A stretch of DNA of 64,000 bases, taken from positions 25,713-89,712 of the forward strand of contig JAFMDO010000001.1 of assembly GCA_017857245.1 (NCBI GenBank), given 5' to 3'. Both the position numbers and the translations under genes were made by a program. Positions 58,154 to 64,000 of the stretch are shown here, piece after piece. Below the pieces are notes generated by a model. It saw nothing but the letters and a program-made list of their open reading frames with translations, was not told the origin of the DNA and did no database searches. Every line of letters starts with the position of its first letter. The first letter of the stretch is position 1. The stretch comes from Pontimonas sp. GTDB taxonomy: Bacteria; Actinomycetota; Actinomycetes; Actinomycetales; Microbacteriaceae.

Positions 58154-59659
58154 ATGACGACGTTCGTTGACAGTGTCGTTTTACACCTGCACGCCGGACA
58201 CGGTGGCCACGGGTGTGTTTCCGTCCACCGCGAAAAGTTCAAACCGCTGGGCGGACCTGACGGCGGTAACGGCGGGAGCGGTGGAGATGTCGTTTTGCTC
58301 TCAGATCCGCAAGTTACCACCCTGCTGGATTACCACCATCGCCCTCATCGGGTGAGCGAAAATGGCGCTCCTGGTGCGGGAGATTCCAAGCACGGCAAGA
58401 GTTCCTCTGATGTGACTCTGCCAGTGCCTGTGGGCACCGTCGTCACAGATCAGGAGGGGGCCCTCATCATCGATATGGACCGGCCCGGTATGAGCGTCGT
58501 GGTGGCGCAGGGTGGCAGAGGTGGCCTGGGTAACGAAGCGCTGGCCAGTTCGGCGCGAAAGGCACCGGGCTTTGCTCTCTTGGGTACTCACGGTTTCGAG
58601 GGCGATATTAACTTGGAGCTCAAAACCGTTGCTGACGTGGCGCTGGTGGGTTTCCCCAGCGCCGGTAAGTCAAGTTTGATCGCTGCGGTTTCGAAGGCCC
58701 GCCCCAAAATTGCGGACTATCCCTTCACAACCCTGCACCCGAACCTTGGCGTCGTGGAGGCCGGTGGTACAAAGTTCACCATGGCGGATGTGCCGGGTTT
58801 GATTCCCGGTGCCAGCGAAGGAAAAGGGCTGGGACTGGAATTTCTGCGCCATGTGGAACGGTGCAGTTTGCTCGTTCACGTTCTTGACTGTGCCACCTTG
58901 GAGCCAGGCAGAGACCCTCTGAGCGACTTGGATGCGCTGCTCCATGAGTTGGGAAATTACCCGCTGGATGATGATGTTATCCCCCTGGTGGATCGTCCCC
59001 AAATGGTGGTGCTGAACAAAGTGGATGTCCCCGATGCTAAAGAAATTGCCGCCATGGTGACTACTGACCTAGAGGCAAGGGGATACCCGGTTTTCTCCCT
59101 GAGTGCGATTAGCGCGGAGGGGCTGGAGCCATTCCTTTACGAGGTCGGCAACATGGTTCTTGTGCACCGCGCCAAGCTGGCAGAGGCGGCTCTCACCCCC
59201 GAGCGCATTGTGGTGCGACCCAAGGCCGTCAACGAACCCGATTTTCGGGTCGTTGTCGAAGGTGGGACAGAGGGTCCGTTGTTCAGGATTCTTGGAGCAA
59301 AGCCCGAGCGATGGATTGAACAAACAGACTTCACCAACGATGAAGCCGTGGGATATCTTGCCGATCGCTTAATGAAACTGGGGATTGACGACGCACTCTT
59401 CGACTCCGGCGCTACTCCGGGTTGCGCCGTGATGATTGGGGCTGGAAAAGGCCAAATCTTTGACTGGGAGCCCACCCTTTCGAGTGCCGCTGAGTTGATG
59501 ACGGCACCGCGAGGCTCTGACCCTCGCTTGGATGAGCGCCAACGGGCCACCCGGGCGCAACGGAAGGCCACGTATCACGAGCGCATGGATGCTAAGGCAC
59601 GTGCCAGGCAGCAACTCGCCGACGAGGGGGAAGCGGGGTTCTTCCAGGATGATGACTAG
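58154..59659 (+). CDS. obg: GTPase Obg/CgtA
   Basis: The ATG at 58154 follows AAGGAGAAAGGG. Contains [27 protein letters not shown] (Obg fold), G1 GFPSAGKSS, and a C-terminal OCT-like domain. Confidence 0.95.
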   Translation: MTTFVDSVVLHLHAGHGGHGCVSVHREKFKPLGGPDGGNGGSGGDVVLLSDPQVTTLLDYHHRPHRVSENGAPGAGDSKHGKSSSDVTLPVPVGTVVTDQEGALIIDMDRPGMSVVVAQGGRGGLGNEALASSARKAPGFALLGTHGFEGDINLELKTVADVALVGFPSAGKSSLIAAVSKARPKIADYPFTTLHPNLGVVEAGGTKFTMADVPGLIPGASEGKGLGLEFLRHVERCSLLVHVLDCATLEPGRDPLSDLDALLHELGNYPLDDDVIPLVDRPQMVVLNKVDVPDAKEIAAMVTTDLEARGYPVFSLSAISAEGLEPFLYEVGNMVLVHRAKLAEAALTPERIVVRPKAVNEPDFRVVVEGGTEGPLFRILGAKPERWIEQTDFTNDEAVGYLADRLMKLGIDDALFDSGATPGCAVMIGAGKGQIFDWEPTLSSAAELMTAPRGSDPRLDERQRATRAQRKATYHERMDAKARARQQLADEGEAGFFQDDD

Positions 59660-60428
59660 AGAAGCAGTGGACAGCGCCCGGCGGATAGTTGTCAAAGTCG
59701 GGTCCTCGTCCATTAGCGGAGAACGAGAGCATCAAATGGCGGGGCTTGTCGAAGCCTTAGCCGCGTGGCACGCGCAGGGCAAAGAGGTTGTGCTGGTGTC
59801 TTCTGGTGCTATCGCCACCGGAGCGCCGTTTTTGAAATTGACGGATCGTCCCCAAGATTTGGCCACCCAACAGGCTGCAGCCGCTGTGGGGCAGAACTTG
59901 TTGATGGGCCGCTATCAGAAGTTTCTCGACGCGTTTTCGGTGATTTCGGGGCAGGTGTTGTTGACGGTGGGGGATGTTGAAAACGACACTCACCGCACGA
60001 ACGCGCTTCGCACCATCGAACGACTGTTGGGATTGGGTATCTTGCCTATCGTCAACGAAAACGACACAGTGGCGACCCAGGAAATTCGGTTCGGCGATAA
60101 TGACAGGCTTGCGGCGCTGGTGGCGGAGTTCATTTCCGCTGATCTTTTGGTTCTGCTCAGTGACGTCGATGCTTTGTATACCCATCCTCCCGATGACCCT
60201 CTCGCCACACGAATCGAGGTGGTTGCCTACGGTGACCCCCTCGAAGGTGTTGAACTGGGCCACTCCATGGTCAACAGTGTCGGAACGGGTGGCGCAGTGA
60301 CGAAGGTGAGCGCAGCGCGGTGGGCGACAGCTGCGGGAATACCGACGTTGTTGACCTCGACGACCTCGTTGGATGCCGTTGTGCGGGGAGAGATTTCTGG
60401 AACCTGGTTCGAGCCCGCCGTAGACTAG
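59649..60428 (+). CDS. proB: Glutamate 5-kinase (short form, no PUA domain)
   Basis: Contains [22 protein letters not shown] and [10 protein letters not shown]. At 259 aa it ends right after the amino-acid-kinase domain. It overlaps the obg stop. Confidence 0.9.
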   Translation: MMTREAVDSARRIVVKVGSSSISGEREHQMAGLVEALAAWHAQGKEVVLVSSGAIATGAPFLKLTDRPQDLATQQAAAAVGQNLLMGRYQKFLDAFSVISGQVLLTVGDVENDTHRTNALRTIERLLGLGILPIVNENDTVATQEIRFGDNDRLAALVAEFISADLLVLLSDVDALYTHPPDDPLATRIEVVAYGDPLEGVELGHSMVNSVGTGGAVTKVSAARWATAAGIPTLLTSTTSLDAVVRGEISGTWFEPAVD

Positions 60429-60433
60429 CCACT

Positions 60434-61696
60434 ATGACCACAGAGGTACTTCCTGGTGCTCGAGCCCTGTTGGAGGGCGCAAAAACCGCTTCCCGCGCTC
60501 TAGCACGTGCCAGCGCACAACTTCGCGATGAAGCCCTTGCCGCCATTGCTGCCAGTCTTGCTTCGCACTCCCCACAGATAGTCGCTGCTAACTCTGAAGA
60601 TCTCGCTCGGGGGGCAGCCGAAGGAATGGCAGAAGGGCTGCAGGACCGGCTGCGCCTCACTCCCGAACGAATCGCTGCCCTGTCCGAGGCGGTGACACAG
60701 ATTCGAGCTTTGCCAGAGCCGGTGGGAGATGTGGTTCGAGGAATGACTTTGCCCAACGGGCTGCAAGTTTCTCAGATTCGGGTGCCCTTTGGAGTGGTGG
60801 GCGCCATCTATGAAGCACGCCCCAATGTCACCATCGACATCGCTGCCTTAGCTCTCAAGAGTGGTAATGCTGTCGTTTTGCGCGGGGGTTCAGCCGCACA
60901 ATCCAGCAATGAAGTTTTGGTGTCCCTGATGCAGGAGGCGTTGACGAGCGTGGGTTTGCCACCAGCGGCGATTACGTCTGTGGATGAGTTCGGCCGAGAG
61001 GGAGCCCAAGCCATGATGAAAGGCAGGGGCCTCATCGACGTTTTGATTCCACGCGGTTCTGCGTCCTTGATCGAAACCGTCGTCCAGGAGTCCAGCGTGC
61101 CGGTGATCGAGACCGGTTCGGGAGTGGTTCATATTTTTGTCGATGACACGGCGAACCTCGAGAATGCCGTGGAGATTATTCACAACGCAAAGGTTCAACG
61201 CCCGAGCGTATGTAACGCGGTCGAAACGGTGCTGATTCACAGGGCGATTGCGAACGCAGTGTTACCTGTGGTGGCCGAGCGACTCCAGGCATCTGGTGTC
61301 ATGATTCATGGCGATGAGGCAGTCTGTGCCATTGTTTCCGGCGCTGTACCAGCGACAGAGTGGGACTGGGGGAGGGAGTACCTTTCCCTCGATGTGTCGA
61401 TGGGAGTGGTGGACTCGCTGGATCAGGCACTGGAACATATTGCCCGGTATTCCACTCACCATACGGAAGCCATCCTGACGGGGAACATGGACCATGCGGA
61501 GCGGTTTTTGAAAGAGGTTGACTCAGCCTCGGTGATTGTCAATGCCTCCACCCGCTTCACTGATGGTGGCGAGTTCGGTTTTGGTGCTGAGGTAGGAATT
61601 TCAACCCAGAAGCTTCACGCAAGAGGACCGATGGGGTTGCCCGAGCTGACCAGCACAAAATGGGTTGTTCGCGGCCAAGGCCAAGTCCGCGCTTAG
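60434..61696 (+). CDS. proA: Glutamate-5-semialdehyde dehydrogenase
   Basis: The start at 60434 gives MTTEVLPGA. Contains IYEARPNVT, KVQRPSVCNAVETVLIH (catalytic Cys) and HTEAI. Confidence 0.95.
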   Translation: MTTEVLPGARALLEGAKTASRALARASAQLRDEALAAIAASLASHSPQIVAANSEDLARGAAEGMAEGLQDRLRLTPERIAALSEAVTQIRALPEPVGDVVRGMTLPNGLQVSQIRVPFGVVGAIYEARPNVTIDIAALALKSGNAVVLRGGSAAQSSNEVLVSLMQEALTSVGLPPAAITSVDEFGREGAQAMMKGRGLIDVLIPRGSASLIETVVQESSVPVIETGSGVVHIFVDDTANLENAVEIIHNAKVQRPSVCNAVETVLIHRAIANAVLPVVAERLQASGVMIHGDEAVCAIVSGAVPATEWDWGREYLSLDVSMGVVDSLDQALEHIARYSTHHTEAILTGNMDHAERFLKEVDSASVIVNASTRFTDGGEFGFGAEVGISTQKLHARGPMGLPELTSTKWVVRGQGQVRA

Positions 61697-61746
61697 TTTT
61701 GCCAAACCCGGTAGATTAGGAGCACATTTGAGAAAGGGAAAGCGTA

Positions 61747-61932
61747 ATGGTTGAGATGCTGATTGCTTCGGGAGAAGTTGTCAACGAGCTAATTTTCCCT
61801 CCCATCTACTTTGCCCTGATCACCTTGGGTGTCTTTGGTGCGCTCGCCCTCGTCGTTTTCAGCTATCGCGACGTCGCCAACCGGCACCGCCACAAAACGC
61901 AGGGCGAGGCCCCACAGCAGGGCCACCACTAA
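61747..61932 (+). CDS. Possible small single-TM membrane protein (61 aa)
   Basis: GAAAGGGAAAG lies upstream of the ATG. One hydrophobic helix FPPIYFALITLGVFGALALVVF is followed by a basic tail. Confidence 0.4.
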   Translation: MVEMLIASGEVVNELIFPPIYFALITLGVFGALALVVFSYRDVANRHRHKTQGEAPQQGHH

Positions 61933-61938
61933 AGCCTT

Positions 61939-62535
61939 ATGTCGAGCAGTGACCGCCCACGCATTGGGATTATGGGCGGCACGTTTGACCCCATTCACCA
62001 CGGCCACTTGGTGGCAGCCAGCGAAGTCCAGGTTGCCCTTCGCCTGGATGAAGTGATTTTCGTCCCCACGGGACAACCAGCCGATAAACCATTGGTTTCC
62101 CCCGCCGAAGATCGCTATCTCATGGCGGTCATTGCCACCGCCTCAAACCCTCGGTTTCGGGTTAGTCGAGTTGATATCGACCGTCCCGGCACCACGTATA
62201 CCGTGGATACCCTCCGAGACATCCGCGCAGGGTTCCCCGATGCTGACCTCTTCTTTATTACCGGAGCGGACGCCATTGCTGCTCTCATCGAGTGGAAAGA
62301 TTCGGAGGCCCTGACTTCGTTGGCCCATTTCGTTGGGGTGTCGAGGCCTGGCCACGAGCTCAGCACAGGCTCCTTGCCGCCGGACCGAGTCACGGTGTTG
62401 GAAGTCCCTGCTCTCTCGATTTCTTCCACAGATTGCCGCGCTCGGGTGAAAGAGGGTAACTCCGTGTGGTACCTGGTTCCCGACGGTGTTGTGCAATATA
62501 TCGCAAAGCACGGCCTGTATCGGGGTGAAGCATGA
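61939..62535 (+). CDS. nadD: Nicotinate-nucleotide adenylyltransferase
   Basis: [15 protein letters not shown] is the (H/T)xGH motif. Also contains ISSTDCR. Confidence 0.9.
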   Translation: MSSSDRPRIGIMGGTFDPIHHGHLVAASEVQVALRLDEVIFVPTGQPADKPLVSPAEDRYLMAVIATASNPRFRVSRVDIDRPGTTYTVDTLRDIRAGFPDADLFFITGADAIAALIEWKDSEALTSLAHFVGVSRPGHELSTGSLPPDRVTVLEVPALSISSTDCRARVKEGNSVWYLVPDGVVQYIAKHGLYRGEA

Positions 62536-63326
62536 CGAACCCCCTCACGGGAGCCCCTTACACCAGGCGCGAATTACGGGAGCTGGAACAGCAAGGAAAC
62601 ATCCCTCCGGTTGCCCCAGCACCCGACCTAGTTGCGGTTGTCGAATCGAGCTCGACACCTCCCACCGAGTCAGAGCCGGCGAAGGAAGCCCCACCCGCAC
62701 TGACTCGGCGTGAGGCGAGACTTCTCCAGGAGCAGAGCATCGTCGCGACGCCCGTCAGTCATCCCTCGCCCTCCCCGTTGGTCGAGCTAGTGCAAGCGCA
62801 TGCTGCCGCTGCGGTGCCGATACCAGAACCGCTCCCCCCCGTCTTCTCTGCGCCCTTGCAGGAAAGTGTGGCGCCAGCTGCTCCTGCCTCTAGGGCCAAT
62901 CTTGTTGCATCTTCCCGAAACCCTGGGGACGCAATGACCACAACGAGTTCGCTTATCCTCCCGGTCGCGCCGATAGTCGATTTGGCGGGACCCCTTGGCA
63001 ACACCGGCGAAATTGTAACTACAGGGCAGATTGCCCTCCATGCGAAGGCTGTGGCTGGGGGCACAATGCCACTCCGACTTGAAGAGGAAATGAGACTGGA
63101 TGGTGAACTGGTGGATTCATATGCCACTGGTGAAATTGGGGCATTGTCTAAACCCGTTCGCGCCTCTCAGGCGGTGTCGGGGAGAAGCGATGACACTGAG
63201 TTGCTGCTTGTCAGAAAAACACGCTGGGGCTCCGGGGTTATTGTTACGGTTCTCCTAGTGTCGGGACTGGGCCTTGCAGCCGCAACAATGCTGTTGCTGT
63301 CCTTCACAGCGGGACTGTTGCGCTAG
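62532..63326 (+). CDS. Hypothetical Pro/Ala-rich protein with two TRRE[LA]R motifs and a C-terminal TM helix
   Basis: [12 protein letters not shown] (aa 10-21) and [12 protein letters not shown] (aa 57-68), with a C-terminal [21 protein letters not shown]. It has an ATGA overlap with nadD, and rsfS starts directly after its stop. Confidence 0.55.
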   Translation: MTNPLTGAPYTRRELRELEQQGNIPPVAPAPDLVAVVESSSTPPTESEPAKEAPPALTRREARLLQEQSIVATPVSHPSPSPLVELVQAHAAAAVPIPEPLPPVFSAPLQESVAPAAPASRANLVASSRNPGDAMTTTSSLILPVAPIVDLAGPLGNTGEIVTTGQIALHAKAVAGGTMPLRLEEEMRLDGELVDSYATGEIGALSKPVRASQAVSGRSDDTELLLVRKTRWGSGVIVTVLLVSGLGLAAATMLLLSFTAGLLR

Positions 63327-63722
63327 ATGGCTGCGAGTAAGCACGCAGGTGAGTTGGCAGTAATTGCGGCCCAAGCGGCTAGCGATCGACTCGGTTCAGA
63401 GATTCTCGCCCTGGACGTCTCGGAACACCTCGCTCTTAGCGATGTGTTTGTGGTGTGTAGTGGGCGCAATGAACGCATGGTCCAGGCCATCGCCGATGAA
63501 GTAGATCGAAAGCTGACCGAAGCGGGGTCGCCCCCGCTTCGCGAAGAAGGCCGCAGCCTCGGACGATGGGCGCTGTTGGACTGTGGCGAAATTATCGTGC
63601 ACATCTTTCACGAAGAAGAGCGCCTCTTTTATCAGCTCGAGCGGTTGTGGCGAGACTCCCCGGTCATTGAGCTCCCGGAGTTCGAACCTATTCACCGCAC
63701 CGAAGCGCACGAGAGCCTGTAG
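63327..63722 (+). CDS. rsfS: Ribosome silencing factor RsfS
   Basis: Contains DVFVVCSGRNERMVQAIADEV and W.LLDCGEIIVHIF..EER.FY.LE.LW, the RsfS/IojAP signature. Confidence 0.9.
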   Translation: MAASKHAGELAVIAAQAASDRLGSEILALDVSEHLALSDVFVVCSGRNERMVQAIADEVDRKLTEAGSPPLREEGRSLGRWALLDCGEIIVHIFHEEERLFYQLERLWRDSPVIELPEFEPIHRTEAHESL

Positions 63723-63743
63723 TAGGCTGGGGCTTTCCGCTTT

Positions 63744-63816
63744 GGGCCTGTGGCGCAGCTGGTAGCGCACCTGCATGGCATGCAGGGGGTCAGGGGTTCG
63801 AGTCCCCTCAGGTCCA
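63744..63816 (+). tRNA. tRNA-Ala (anticodon GGC)
   Basis: The acceptor is GGGCCTG/CAGGTCC, with the G3:U70 alanine identity pair. The anticodon arm is CCTGC-ATGGCAT-GCAGG and the T arm is AGGGG-TTCGAGT-CCCCT. Confidence 0.9.
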
Positions 63817-64000
63817 CTTTTTTAGCGATAGACAAGAGTTCTGTCGCGTGTGTTGTGTCGCCAGGTATGGCGGCGTCACTGCGCTGTAAACACCACCCAC
63901 TGAAGCCTCAGGACGAAGGCGTCTGAGGTGAGGAATTCCGCCTGATTTGCGTGTGCGGATGGAAGTAGCATCCGGTCAAACGGATCATGGCGAACTAACT

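Overview
This is a chromosomal segment of a high-GC Gram-positive bacterium (Actinomycetota). GC is roughly 58-60% by eye. The gene order follows the conserved actinobacterial backbone: tig-clpP1-clpP2-clpX, valS, ileS-folC-DUF4233-ndk, rne-rplU-rpmA-obg-proB-proA-nadD-rsfS, thyX-dapA-rnj, and ssb-like-ettA.

Coding density is very high. I count about 66 protein genes and 3 tRNAs. There are many 1-29 nt gene overlaps, including five convergent gene pairs whose 3' ends overlap.

Almost everything is core housekeeping:
- the tail of the atp operon
- gabT-asparaginase-ald
- dapB
- pepN-mscS-glbO
- rpiB and nei
- a TetR regulator plus a peptide-type ABC importer
- a marked enrichment of thiol and oxidative-stress genes (yaaA, ogt, two OsmC, CoADR-rhodanese with a CstR-like repressor, thioredoxin-DUF4395, msrA, VKOR)

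I found no integrase, transposase, CRISPR array, restriction system or phage genes.

The parts that do not fit the housekeeping picture are:
1. 2080-6502: a three-gene cluster with a split EssC/EccC-like layout. It has a zinc-ribbon-FHA protein, a short 2-TM FtsK/SpoIIIE ATPase, and a divergent membrane-anchored HExxH/coiled-coil protein. No other type VII secretion components are nearby.
2. 54802-55020: a diverged 110-bp head-to-tail duplication of the VKOR 5' end. It creates a 37-codon upstream ORF that ends in an ATGA overlap with the VKOR start.
3. 12582-12597: a CsoR/CstR-type operator, with an apparently leaderless CoADR-rhodanese/CstR-like module.
4. A T-box leader on ileS.
5. A dienelactone-hydrolase gene remnant abutting an EamA transporter.

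All protein calls come from reading the supplied translations for family-diagnostic motifs. No database, HMM or folding computation was possible, so family names are recognitions, not search results.
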